From the NCBI GenBank assembly GCA_008690995.1, contig VRMN01000006.1, positions 372,001-436,000 of the forward strand: a stretch of 64,000 nt of DNA, written 5' to 3'. Source of the DNA: Porphyridium purpureum. Its lineage: Eukaryota. The translations under genes were made by a program, and so were the position numbers. A model generated the notes under the pieces. That model had not been told where the DNA came from, did not search any database, and saw only the letters and a program-made list of their open reading frames with translations. Numbering within the stretch: position 1 is the first letter of the stretch; every line of letters starts with the position of its first letter. This document shows positions 1-10,601 of the stretch, piece after piece.

Positions 1-1101
1 GCTTCATGATTCACTCCTACAAAGCCGTACGCATCCATTTGCTCGTTGTAAAATCTCTGACGCACACTGAACTTCTTGTCAATCGTTTCACACCCGCATT
101 CCAGATTCGCACTGTTGTGCATGAAGCAATAGCTTGCGGTCGTGTATTTCACCATCATTCTGGCTGTCTCGTGCAAATAGCCGCCCGGAAAGTGCGTAGC
201 CTTGCGCGCAAGCAGTTCGGCATCGGTGTCCGTTTCGTCTGGACATCGTGGAAGCGCATCGAGCTCGCTCTGACTTGTGTCCCTCAACATAAGCGGCCCG
301 GACCCGGCACCTGATCTGAGCATGGCCAAGATAATACGCTGTACCTCATGATCCACGCCTGCGCGATATGTCTGAGCGGCGGAGGACAGTTTCTTTGGCG
401 TGTTGCTGTCTTCTTCACGCACGAAGAGACGGTCGTGCAAGGGAATATCCCAAGTATCTAGCTCCGGAGCGGTAACATTGGACACCGACTCCATCATTTC
501 GTCATCGCTGTCCACTTCGTTCTCGATGTATTCGCGTGAGTCCTCTATGGACGACGCGGACGAGCTCAATGATACGGTGGATGTGCTAATGCTTCCACCA
601 TCGTCCGGGTCATCCTTTCGCGATTGCTGCTTGGACGCGGTTCCTCGCTGCGACCTGCTTTTCTCCATGACAAACACAATTGGATTCACCACCTTGCCAA
701 ACATTTCGCACTGTTTCTGACACGCCGGCTTTGCGGACGGCGGTTTGCTTTGATTTTGCGTTGATGCCTTTGAACCCTTCACGCTCCAGCTGTGCTTCAG
801 CGCCACCCCGGAAGACCCGGGAGCTTGCTCTTGCTTGGGGCTCATCGAAGGCGCCGCCGTGTCCGACAGCACAAGCGATGCGTTGCACTTGGCGCGGTAT
901 CGGTCGACATACGCACACAACGCACCAATCTCTTGCTGGGCAAGTTGCAGGTCTTCGCCGGCCAGCGCGGCACCTCCCTGCTGCATCCTGGATCCGTGTA
1001 GCAAACTGTCCGACCTCTTGTTCCCTTCTCGCCGCGACAGTCTGCGCGTGCGCAGAGAAGCAGGTCAGTCCGACTCACGCCGTGCGCTTCGCCGAAGCCA
1101 T
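1..1101 (-). CDS. Hypothetical protein, runs off the window edge; probable 37-nt intron at 1042-1078
   Basis: Manual reading shows a stop-free minus frame from 1040 to the window start (absent from the ORF track because no stop is present). Exon 1 (ATG at 1101, MASAKRT) joins in frame via GTGAGT...CTGAC...CAG. An alternative internal ATG lies near 987. Confidence 0.65.
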
Positions 1102-3012
1102 CACACGCCCACAAACACCAGCTCCGGCTCTGCCCTGCTGCACCGGCTCACCGAAATTTCTCCCGCCGAACTTCGTAGTAAATTGTGCGAGCTTACTATG
1201 ATTATTTTCCACACCGGAACTCGCAACCCGCGCGAACCGACGGAAACCGTCTGAAGACGCGCTTCGAGTGTTGAGGTTACCGACCACCAACCAGCCCCCA
1301 TCACCAGCTGCCCGCGAGTAGGAGTACCGCAGAGCACTGCTTCATCCGAAGCGTCGCCCTGCTTCGCATGTTCCGACACCGCGCTAGCCATCGGGCAGAA
1401 CTTTGCTTGCCACCAAGGTCCAGCTTCAGCACTGCTAGGAAGCTACGGAAAGCATTGACATCGCTGTTCGCATGCACACCCCAAACGGCCAGTGTTGTGA
1501 CGATGGAGCTGCGTGTAGGCATACGACGCAAGCTCAACGCCATCCGTGCGAAGCTTGAGAGAACATTGGTTGCTCAACTCTACATGATACAAAGCCCAAC
1601 GTGCTCCATACGAACTCGTCAATAGACAACAATTTGCAGTAGCTTTTCAATCGGTTCGCGAATCACCCCACTAGTCGAGAAGGCGGTCGTTTAATGGTAT
1701 CAACAATGTCCTCGTTGCTTCAATCAACAAACCTCGCCAGAAATGTGCGACTGGCTGCTGCGGTCAATTGTAGACGTAAACTCTGCAGCGTCTTCTGAGC
1801 CATGCAGTATAGTACAAACTTGAAATGTCTGAAGGCCTTGCGCATGTCGCAACCCTACAGCGGTAAGGAAGCCAAATTCGCACGTCCTCCCCCAACTTAT
1901 GAAGGGGTGCTGTCTTCCCTGTGGGCCTATACCTGGTTCCGTCCAGCACCTCTGGCTTTTTGTCCCACCAGACTCTAATTTTTGCATTGCTGCGCTTGCA
2001 CATGGCGTCATCGTAGATTTGCATTGTAGAACAGCATTGCGCCTCTCCTTCTTGGTTACTGGCGAAAGCATTTCCCTCCGTCCTGGACATAGGTCCTACA
2101 TGTAATCATGTATAGCAACGTCAGCTGAGATGGAGCAGGCTTGCTTGCTTTTCGGGCGGCGGAAGACAATGCGGACAGCCTTGCACCCTGTGAGGATCTT
2201 CCTCACGAACACTCTGTTAAAGATCTGGAACTTGCAGATGCTGAACAGAATCTTTCCAGCGTGACTGTACCATTTCGCGCCACTGTGAACCCTGTGGAAG
2301 CAGTCTACAGGATGGCGCGTCGACAAACGCATAATCTCGTTGAACGGAGAGCTGCATTGTCATGGACGAGCCGGGAAACGTCGGACAGACACTCGACCCG
2401 TTCTTTCTCTCCATTTTTCTGGTCGGCTGCCACCGGAGCCGACCGAAGACAAGGAGACGCAGAAGCAAAGATCGAGCGACATCAGGTCACGGAGACGAAA
2501 TCAGTCGTTGTCTGTTCGGCAGCCAACTCGATTCACGCCCGTCTTGCAACAGCGGCGCATGCTTGACGTCCGGGTCGCGAGGACGATGAATTGGCGGCGA
2601 GCCGGAAGACTGCGCGCAGCCATTGCATTCGGAGTCTACCAGGTCGCGAGCTGTCGCGGATGGACATTACGACGCTTCCGCCGCGTGGTGGTGCGCAAGC
2701 TGTGCGCGCCGCAGCGGCTGATCGATGTGTGCATCCACAAACTGTACCCCTTGGGAATCCTCACTCCTTCGGTAGTGTACAGTGCGCCGGTTCTGTAACG
2801 TGCGAGCGTGCTCACGCGCGCGCGACTGACAACACGCGCGCGTGCAATGCATGCAGACGCGGGGAGAGCGCGAGCGACGCAACAAGAGAGGAGGAAGGAA
2901 GGAGAAGGACGTTGGGTGGGAGTAGCGCGAGCGCGAGCGTCTCGTAGCAAGAGCCGCACTTGCGTGCAGGACAGCGCGTGAGCGTGCGTGCTGGCTTCCG
3001 CGGGAATTCGAA

Positions 3013-4287
3013 ATGAAGCAGGTCCAGCTGAGCGTGGCGGCGTATAACCTGCCGGGACGGGCGCTGGGCATCCACGACCCGTACGCAGTGGTGTTGTCGC
3101 GGCCGTCGGTGGAGAAGGAATGGAAGGATGTGGGCAAGACCGAGGAGGCGCAAGCGCAGTACGACCCGAACTTTACAAAGAAGTTCCATTTTCCGTACGG
3201 CACAGACGAGGAAAAGAACGTCCAGCTGCAGGTCAAGTTCTGTTCCAAGGCACTGAAGAAGGACAAAGTCGAAGTGCTAGGCATGATCACCACGACGCTG
3301 GCTGCCGTATATGAGTCAGACTACAAGTGCCTCGACTTTCAGCTCAAGTCAGAGACAGGCGGAGACCTGAACGGCGGACAGAGCTTTGTGTTTTTATCGT
3401 GCGAAATGGTAGACCGCTCAGTCAAGGATAGCATTGCTTTCCGCTTCCGCTTCGGAGAGGCACAGGGTTACGGTGGGCATGATGGTGAGGCCTACTCGTA
3501 TTTTGTTGTAAGTCGTGAACTCAAACATTCACTTGGGCAGTGGGCGCGCGTATTCCAGTCCCGCATGATCGACCCTCCGGTGAAGAAGGGCAAATCCAAG
3601 GCCACAGGCAATGACGAAGACGAGGAGTCTCAAATCGCAAAGACGACGTCGGACGTTATGTACTGCAACGATCCAGAGCGTCGACTGCTCGTCGAGTACT
3701 ACACCTACCGACCCAAACCAAAGACCTCTCTTTTCTCTCGCCTGAGCTCGCGAGACTCGGCAGGGTCCGGATCGGTTGGCGGGCAAGGAGATATGGATTA
3801 TGGTCACCAGCTTGTCGCGTCCACACAATTTACCGCTGCTTCGCTGCCTATCCTCATCAAGAGCAAAACTCCCATGCGATTTGAGATCGAGCCGGGAGGC
3901 ATGCTGCAGCGCGGCGAGATCGGACTGGATAACTTTTCGTTTTTCAGCATGAAGCCGAACACGCCAAAGATGCTCATTTTTGTGGTCGACCGACTTGTGT
4001 GGTATAGTACCGTACATGAGCGAGATAAAGCCGCAGACCTCTTCGAGTCGTACGTGGAACGCGACATGTGGGCCAGGTTGATCACGTCGACGGCAGAAGG
4101 CGAGCAGATGGAGAAGAACTGGGTGGGCAGCTCGTATAGAGGCTTCACGAATCTGGGCGCCAATCCAGCAGGTGGCGGGCTGGCAAAACCCTCGAAGACC
4201 TTAAAGAAGGCTCCGAAGCCTGTCGCCGACACGGAGGAAGAGCCTGCTATGAAATTTGACGAAATGAGGTCCGCGCTCGATGACTAG
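3013..4287 (+). CDS. Copine-like C2-domain protein (no vWA domain recognised)
   Basis: 424-aa ATG ORF; VQLSVAAYNLP...DPYAVV...W..VGKTE....YDPNFTKKFHFPY matches the copine C2A pattern; a second C2-like segment follows (YFVVSRE...W.RVFQS). Confidence 0.7.
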   Translation: MKQVQLSVAAYNLPGRALGIHDPYAVVLSRPSVEKEWKDVGKTEEAQAQYDPNFTKKFHFPYGTDEEKNVQLQVKFCSKALKKDKVEVLGMITTTLAAVYESDYKCLDFQLKSETGGDLNGGQSFVFLSCEMVDRSVKDSIAFRFRFGEAQGYGGHDGEAYSYFVVSRELKHSLGQWARVFQSRMIDPPVKKGKSKATGNDEDEESQIAKTTSDVMYCNDPERRLLVEYYTYRPKPKTSLFSRLSSRDSAGSGSVGGQGDMDYGHQLVASTQFTAASLPILIKSKTPMRFEIEPGGMLQRGEIGLDNFSFFSMKPNTPKMLIFVVDRLVWYSTVHERDKAADLFESYVERDMWARLITSTAEGEQMEKNWVGSSYRGFTNLGANPAGGGLAKPSKTLKKAPKPVADTEEEPAMKFDEMRSALDD

Positions 4288-4473
4288 CTTGGCGAGTGCG
4301 CAGTGAGCGAATGGAATGAGTCATGGCTGGAGTTTGTCGAACACCAAGTCGCCCGACGCTCGTTCGGGCAAGGGCGGCGCTAGAGAAGAACGCCATCCAC
4401 GGACGTCATTAAAACTATATAAAACACGCGTTTTTTGTGTTTGACTGGCTTGGACACAGTCAACTGAATGGCG

Positions 4474-5565
4474 CTACACGTCTATGTCATCGTCTGACTC
4501 TTGCTCTGGATCTGCAAAAGACTCTTCGTCACTGCTCTCCACAGCAAGGCGCGGGTCAAGTGCCTTTGGATGCAATTCTAACGCTTGATCGGCCTGATTC
4601 GGATCTGTGTGTTCGTACGGCAGATCCACCTGTTGTCGCGCGCGAGCTTCCTCCCCAGAAAGCTCAAGGCTGAATGGAAGAAAACGTTGCAGTTTCTCCA
4701 TAACTTCCCTTGCCTTATCGTGTTCGCTCCTGGCGGCGGCCGCTGCGTTCGGAGCTTGTAAGTGCTGCTCTTCACCAAGCGAATCAGAGCGCTTTCGAAT
4801 GATACGGACAGAATGCATGGTCTCGTCCAGTGTGGCATCATACGCAGCCAGCTGCACTCTACCAGATGCCTGCCTGCGTCGGATTGAAAGAATCGCAGTT
4901 CGAGTCGTGCTTCCGGCATGCCATCGCACTTCGCAAAACGCCAGCCGGCTCATCCTGCTTTCTCCAGAGCGTAAACATTGCTCGCTTGACAAGTCTGCAG
5001 CCCGCTGCACCGAGACCGCCAAAATGGCGCCGATGCTTGCAAACTCTGACCGCTTGCGTACAGACTGCAGGAAGCACGACCACCTCTCCGTGCACATCCA
5101 GCGCGAGAGAGCCACAAGATCCTCAAAGACCACAACATGGGGCTGCAGTTCCAGCAGCGCTGCTCTGATCAACGACTCCACGGACGGCTTTTCTCCGCCA
5201 GCCTCATTCAGATCGAGCAGATCTAGTGGATCCCCCACGCGCAGTACATTGAATTGGTTATACTTGAGCCCCAGGCTAGCAGCAAGAGCCATGTATGCGT
5301 CCCGTGCGCCTTGGTAACCACCAATGGTCCGCTCCCTGACCACCAGCAGGGACTGCTCGCCCGAATCTGTTCTGGGACCTGGCGCATCCAAATTCTGAAC
5401 AAGCAAGTCGTGCACAATGCACACCGCAGCCGCGCGTGCGCCTGCCGCGTCCAGCGCGGACGCGTCCACGCGCACCCAAGTCAGAGGCGCCGCTGCCGCA
5501 GCAGGCGTACCGGCACCCGCACGGCGACTTTGTCCGCCTACACATCGACCAAAGACGCTCTCCAT
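4474..5565 (-). CDS. ELP5: Elongator complex subunit 5-like
   Basis: C-terminal LPFSLELSGEEARARQQVDLPYEH...ESDDDIDV is the ELP5 signature; degenerate RecA-like core (VVVFEDLVAL). Start placed at ATG 5565 (MESVF); the ORF extends to 5673. Confidence 0.75.
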   Translation of the reverse strand: MESVFGRCVGGQSRRAGAGTPAAAAAPLTWVRVDASALDAAGARAAAVCIVHDLLVQNLDAPGPRTDSGEQSLLVVRERTIGGYQGARDAYMALAASLGLKYNQFNVLRVGDPLDLLDLNEAGGEKPSVESLIRAALLELQPHVVVFEDLVALSRWMCTERWSCFLQSVRKRSEFASIGAILAVSVQRAADLSSEQCLRSGESRMSRLAFCEVRWHAGSTTRTAILSIRRRQASGRVQLAAYDATLDETMHSVRIIRKRSDSLGEEQHLQAPNAAAAARSEHDKAREVMEKLQRFLPFSLELSGEEARARQQVDLPYEHTDPNQADQALELHPKALDPRLAVESSDEESFADPEQESDDDIDV

Positions 5566-5595
5566 GTTGCTCAACGGGCAAACTGGGAACGGAAA

Positions 5596-7254
5596 ATGGT
5601 GCCAGCTGGTGCGCAAGGCGGGCGATCCTTCGAGTTGCTGTTGTGTACGGCAGCGGGAAAGCCAGCCCTGCATGTGCGGCTAGAGTCTGCTGGCTGCGGA
5701 AAGCATGTTCAAGTGCTATCAGACTCGCCGCTGAGCAACGGCCGCTGCGGCGGCGTGCTCAGTTTGGAAAGATGGATGCGCGTGCGCGTGCACGAGTTGT
5801 CGGCGGCTTGCGTGTCGTACGCAGGCACCCATACGCCAGACTTCATCCGGTGCGCCGATCATGGCGTGATTTCAGTGCAAGCAGACAAACAGATGGATGC
5901 GTTTCATGGCGAATCCTCGGCCCAGCCCTGCGTGTATGTGGTGCTTGCCGCGCAAGCGGACAGAGAGCAACTCGAACGAGAGGCAGCGATCTTCATCAAG
6001 CAAGGCGCGCAACAGCTCCTGGAGATCTTCTACGCCTTGTGCTCTCGCCGCTTGCGCACCGCATTGCAAGCAAACGCAAGCCTTGATTTACGTCAAGTGC
6101 TCACTCAACAGGTTGGTCTGTTTTGGACGCATGCCGCGAGCGCACCGATCAGTTCGGCAGGCGTGATTGTTGCATGCATGCGTACGATATGGAGCACCTG
6201 GATACTTGGAAACGGCCGTTTGGACGCGGCGCGTCGGCATGTGCTGTACTATGAGCCGAGCAGGACCGTAGATCACTTGTTGCACGCCTATTTATTGTTT
6301 GTTGATGACAGCCTTGGCATTGAGCATGCGCTTCTCCTGGACGAGAATGGCGACATTTTGTATGGGCAGGGCTCTCGGGACCACCGCGCGAGCTTGAGTT
6401 TGAAGGACGTTCTGTTTGTGCAACTCATTGTTCGTTCATGCTCTCACTGCTTGGACTCAGACTTGGCCCAGTGGCGTTCGTGCATGATTCCTCTGCATCT
6501 ACCAGGGACAGACTTTGACGCACGAAAAGGGCTGTTTCTATTCCGTGTACCACATCCTGGGCCAACCGGGAGCAAAAGGCAGGCACTACTTGTCTTGATT
6601 TCCGATTCGTCACTAAAGGTGCGAGCGTTTGAAGGCCACGTCGACAAACGCTGGACTGCTCTGGTCAAGGATCATCCGCGTGCCTCCGCGGACAGTCCGA
6701 GTGGGTTGCAAGCCTTCGTACAACGCTTCAAGCTCGCAGACGCCAGGTTATGCACACAGCTAGACCAGTTTGAGATCATTTACTTGGGTGTGGTGACCCG
6801 CAACGAGAAAGGCATGTTCATGGTGACAAGTTCGGATGCATGGCAAGCACGAGAGCTTTCCGGCTTCTTCCTGGCGCATAACTCCAGTGCGCATGGTGCA
6901 CAATTTCTTCTCGGTGATGAGAGCCAACCAATTTTGCTTCTTCGAACGACACTGGATGGTGGTCAGTGCATAGTGGCTGGTGCCAGAAGAAAATCAGAAT
7001 CTCCAGACAGCAGTCAAAAAATCCCGTTCGCATTCTCCAAGGATGGGTTTGGAAGCCAGAAGCAATGGGCACCGACTTCGCAATCCGACAATACTGAAAA
7101 ATGGGTTCAGCTGGCTCTTTCCTACTTTGAGACCACGTTGGCCCCGCAAATGGAGAAACAGCTCGCAGACCTAGCACAAGCATACCAGGGCGTATCTGTT
7201 CCGAGGGCGGGGCTTTCACGGTCGTGTCTGAAACTGTTTCACGGCCAAGGATAG
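5596..7254 (+). CDS. Mon1/SAND-family (longin-domain Rab7 GEF subunit)-like protein
   Basis: FELLLCTAAGKP (cf. Mon1 FILS.AGKPI), LRTALQANASLDLRQVL (cf. IF..R.NYDLRRLL), SLSLKDVLFVQLIV...IPLHLP (cf. SLHP.DL.L..NL...W.PICLP). Start placed at ATG 5596. Confidence 0.65.
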   Translation: MVPAGAQGGRSFELLLCTAAGKPALHVRLESAGCGKHVQVLSDSPLSNGRCGGVLSLERWMRVRVHELSAACVSYAGTHTPDFIRCADHGVISVQADKQMDAFHGESSAQPCVYVVLAAQADREQLEREAAIFIKQGAQQLLEIFYALCSRRLRTALQANASLDLRQVLTQQVGLFWTHAASAPISSAGVIVACMRTIWSTWILGNGRLDAARRHVLYYEPSRTVDHLLHAYLLFVDDSLGIEHALLLDENGDILYGQGSRDHRASLSLKDVLFVQLIVRSCSHCLDSDLAQWRSCMIPLHLPGTDFDARKGLFLFRVPHPGPTGSKRQALLVLISDSSLKVRAFEGHVDKRWTALVKDHPRASADSPSGLQAFVQRFKLADARLCTQLDQFEIIYLGVVTRNEKGMFMVTSSDAWQARELSGFFLAHNSSAHGAQFLLGDESQPILLLRTTLDGGQCIVAGARRKSESPDSSQKIPFAFSKDGFGSQKQWAPTSQSDNTEKWVQLALSYFETTLAPQMEKQLADLAQAYQGVSVPRAGLSRSCLKLFHGQG

Positions 7255-7472
7255 GCGGGGGAAAGGAAGAAAGAAGCCAATTCAAATTAGGGCAAGCATG
7301 CCATTTACGAGAGATTGTAAATATTGCGGTGCGTGTCCCGGGCACGCTTACGCGCAAATGTCGCGACGCCACGGCGACTGAGCATCTGCTCCAAGTCAGC
7401 CAGCCCACCAAACGTGCACCGCACACGAGCACGCGTGAACGGAAGCAGCTGCACAGGCGCTCTGAAACGTGC

Positions 7473-7823
7473 CTATTCAATCTTGATGGTCTGCGAGCCC
7501 TTGAAGGTCGCCACGCGCACGGCGGTGACGAGCGTGTACAGCGGTTCCTTTGCGTCCTGGTCGTCATTTCTCCTCCTCGAGAGACGGATCCTGATCCTGT
7601 ACGGCACGTTTCTGACGCCGGTCTTCCACACCTCCTTGTTGACGGACGTGTCGAGGCGCACGTCCGAGGTGCCCATGGTCTTGGCTGCGAATTCACGGAT
7701 CTTCTTGATGGCGCGCGGCGCGCGGTGCTTGAAACCCGTGCCGTGGATGCGCTTGTGCAGATTCATGGTGTACTCCCGCGTCACGACCTCATCGGTGCGG
7801 ATCTTCTTCTCGCCCTTCGCCAT
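7473..7823 (-). CDS. RPL31: 60S ribosomal protein L31 (eL31)
   Basis: [65 protein letters not shown]. Confidence 0.98.
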   Translation of the reverse strand: MAKGEKKIRTDEVVTREYTMNLHKRIHGTGFKHRAPRAIKKIREFAAKTMGTSDVRLDTSVNKEVWKTGVRNVPYRIRIRLSRRRNDDQDAKEPLYTLVTAVRVATFKGSQTIKIE

Positions 7824-8199
7824 CTTGACCGCGCGCGTCCTGCGTCTCTCCGCTCCGCCGTGCCTTTCTCACCCCCTCGTCTCTCCCCACCTGCTCCCCG
7901 CCTTCCCACCCACTAGCCGAGTCGCCTTCTTTACCTTCTGCCCACTTCGTCCACCTTTGGCCGGAAATAAAGGCACGCTTCCTATAAAACCAGCCTCGTT
8001 TAGATGTAAACGCCGCAGAAGCGCCGACGGCGGAACAGTACAGTTGTCGAAGGGATGAGTGTACCGCGGCGTGCGAACCCTGGTTCTAACTAGAGCGTCG
8101 GGTTTATTGGAGGGTTGCGCGGCAGCGGGATCATGAGCCCGCCAACTCCGGTGTGCGCGTGTGTGGAATGCGTGTGCGGGCACAGCGAGAACACGCACT

Positions 8200-9510
8200 T
8201 TACTCGCCACAGACCTCTGGGTCACACATCAGGTCCGTGTTGCGGAGCAGCTCGAACGCGTCGGCCATTTCGTCTGCAAACTCATCGCACGACACCTTGC
8301 GAATGTACTTGATGGACTTGGGCGCATCGGCCGGGATCACCTCCTTCAGCACGCGGGTCAACGCAATCTGGATCAGATCGGCCGCGGCAGGCTCTTCCAG
8401 CGAGTAGCGTAGCATCATGCTGGCGGCTCGGATGGACGCAATGGGGTTGGAGAAAATCTTGCCCTCCACCGGCATCTCCTGGCTGCCGCGCGGGTACGCG
8501 CTCAGGTTGAACAAATCCGCGGGGCCGTACACGCCTGGTCCCGATCCGGAAAGCCACGCACTCGGACTGAGGCGCATTCCACCGGAGATGCCCGACGCCA
8601 CTTCGGACAGGATGTCACCAAACAAGTTGGATGTCACAATCAAATCAAATCTCGCCGGATGCAGCACCAGCTCACGGCAAAAGTCATCCACAAACATGTC
8701 TTCAAGCAGGATATCCCTTCGATCACTGCCCAGCTTCTTCTTGAATTCTTCGTGCAGTGCGGTGCGCCAAAATCGAGACACGTTCATCGAGTCGGCCTTG
8801 TCCACATTCAGCACGCGTCCAGATCGCCGCTCGGCAATTTCAAGAGCCACGTCGGCGATATTGCTCACCTGCTGACGCGTGTAGCTAAACTGGCTCTTGG
8901 CCTCCTCGGCGTTCACAAGCGACGTATCTGTGTACGGAAGCGCGCCACCCGATACTTCACGCACAATCATGATATCTGTTCCACGAACAAGGTCCTCGCG
9001 GATTGGCGACGAGCTGACCAGTGGATCAAACACTTTGACTGGGCGCAGCTGCACAAACAAGCCCAGCTTTTCCTTGAGAATGGTGTGCGCCGACAGGTTA
9101 CCCTGCGCATGCTCGGGCGTGAAGCGTGACTTGCCCTGGTAGCCCCTGAGCACGGCGTCGGAGCCGCGGCACAGCGCGATCGTGTCTTCCGGCACCAAGC
9201 TGCCCGTTTGCTCCAGTGCCTTTTCTCCATAGAGCCCCTCGGTAAACTCGAATTTAATGTCCGTGTATTTGGACACGGCCTTGAGCACCTTAACGGCAGC
9301 GTCAGTCACCACCGGTCCCGCACCGTCACCGGGCAATACCGCAATCTTGTACGGCTTGTCGGACGATCCTTTAATGTCACTCATCGTGACCACGCACGCG
9401 CTACTGCGTGATGTGGCGGCTGATCGGGCGCGCTGCGGCGCCGCGCGGCTCCGGCACGTCAGCAAATTTCCGCGCACATCGCATGGTACTGTCGGAACAA
9501 ACGCAGACAT
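8200..9510 (-). CDS. Plastid-targeted 3-isopropylmalate dehydrogenase-family protein with degenerate active site
   Basis: MSAFV transit peptide; KIAVLPGDGAGP, LRPVK, DIMIVRE, VDKAD, FDLIVTSNLFGDILS, NPIASIRAASMMLRYSL. The EPxHGSAPDIAG motif is absent. Confidence 0.9.
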   Translation of the reverse strand: MSAFVPTVPCDVRGNLLTCRSRAAPQRARSAATSRSSACVVTMSDIKGSSDKPYKIAVLPGDGAGPVVTDAAVKVLKAVSKYTDIKFEFTEGLYGEKALEQTGSLVPEDTIALCRGSDAVLRGYQGKSRFTPEHAQGNLSAHTILKEKLGLFVQLRPVKVFDPLVSSSPIREDLVRGTDIMIVREVSGGALPYTDTSLVNAEEAKSQFSYTRQQVSNIADVALEIAERRSGRVLNVDKADSMNVSRFWRTALHEEFKKKLGSDRRDILLEDMFVDDFCRELVLHPARFDLIVTSNLFGDILSEVASGISGGMRLSPSAWLSGSGPGVYGPADLFNLSAYPRGSQEMPVEGKIFSNPIASIRAASMMLRYSLEEPAAADLIQIALTRVLKEVIPADAPKSIKYIRKVSCDEFADEMADAFELLRNTDLMCDPEVCGE

Positions 9511-9668
9511 GGTCCCTCTCCTCTACTTCCGATCCAACTGGCCTCCCTCCCACCGTCAAACTCGGCAAAGTCCGGCCGTGCACGCTGAATCTGTCGAAAG
9601 AACCAGGCGCGTGTTCGTTCATGTTTGAAGGGAGGATGGAGCGGTAATCAGAAGGAAGATGTACAAGC

Positions 9669-10601
9669 ATGGCGGTCGTCGCAGAGACCGCGGGAGGTGC
9701 GATCATCATTTTCGTTGTTTGTGCTCTGCTGGCGTCGAATGTGAGCGCAGAAAGCAGCGCAAACTGCTTCGAGCTCGTCGTTAAGTCGACAGAAGGCCTT
9801 GGCGCGCAGATCATGAGGAGCAGGAACGTTTTGCTCATGAAGCAACTGCATAATCACACAGTGTGCCTGAATGTGGGCAGATCACCACACGGGTATGAGC
9901 CAGCCAAAAAGTTGAAGCTGAATTGCCGATGCCCCCGCGCCAAGTGGAGATATTTGACGATCGAAGAGCAAGCCCTCATCGAAAGGTACGTAGAAGCAAG
10001 ATGCGACGGCGCCGATGCCACATACCCAACATTTTTGGAGAGCGGAAGATCGTATGTAGCAAAGAGTCATTTTTACTATGGTGATCGCCTGCTGTGTCTT
10101 CGGAAAACAATACGAAAGCTCCTGGACCTGAATAGAGCCAGATGTGACAACAAGCAAATCGTTGCCGTTTATCACTACCGCCGCGGAGACATCAAAGCGG
10201 GGCACTTTTACGAGCGTCACAAGACGATGCATCCGCATGAGGCTAGACAAGTCCTGGACTTGATTCGCGCGCAGATTCCCATCCAGTTGACCGTGATTTC
10301 CCAGATCAGCGAGATCGCCGCTGCCAAATTACGCAGACTGCTGGAATACGACAAACTGGTTAGGACAAATGATATTAACGTCGCACTGATGACCACCGAA
10401 TGCGCAGACATACTTCTAACAGGGGGAAGTGGCTTCTCCGCCATCATGTCGGCGACATCGTATGCCAAGCTGCACGTGATTTCCGTCAACAGCTCACACA
10501 AATTTGAAAATCCGGACTGGCGAATTTCTGTGCGTAGCGACACGCTGCGCAAGCTTGACATGAAGGCACTATTTCGCTCGAGACTGCCGGCAGCCGGTTG
10601 A
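9669..10601 (+). CDS. Membrane-anchored or secreted glycosyltransferase, fucosyltransferase-like (GT11/GT23-type fold)
   Basis: N-terminal hydrophobic segment; EGLGAQI, VYHYRRGD (cf. H.RRGD nucleotide-sugar motif), ADILLTGGSGFS. Confidence 0.65.
   Translation: MAVVAETAGGAIIIFVVCALLASNVSAESSANCFELVVKSTEGLGAQIMRSRNVLLMKQLHNHTVCLNVGRSPHGYEPAKKLKLNCRCPRAKWRYLTIEEQALIERYVEARCDGADATYPTFLESGRSYVAKSHFYYGDRLLCLRKTIRKLLDLNRARCDNKQIVAVYHYRRGDIKAGHFYERHKTMHPHEARQVLDLIRAQIPIQLTVISQISEIAAAKLRRLLEYDKLVRTNDINVALMTTECADILLTGGSGFSAIMSATSYAKLHVISVNSSHKFENPDWRISVRSDTLRKLDMKALFRSRLPAAG

Noticed and set aside
5254..5673. Apparent 420-nt coding overlap of ELP5 and Mon1-like ORFs
   Set aside because: Disappears when the likely ATGs (5565 and 5596) are used.
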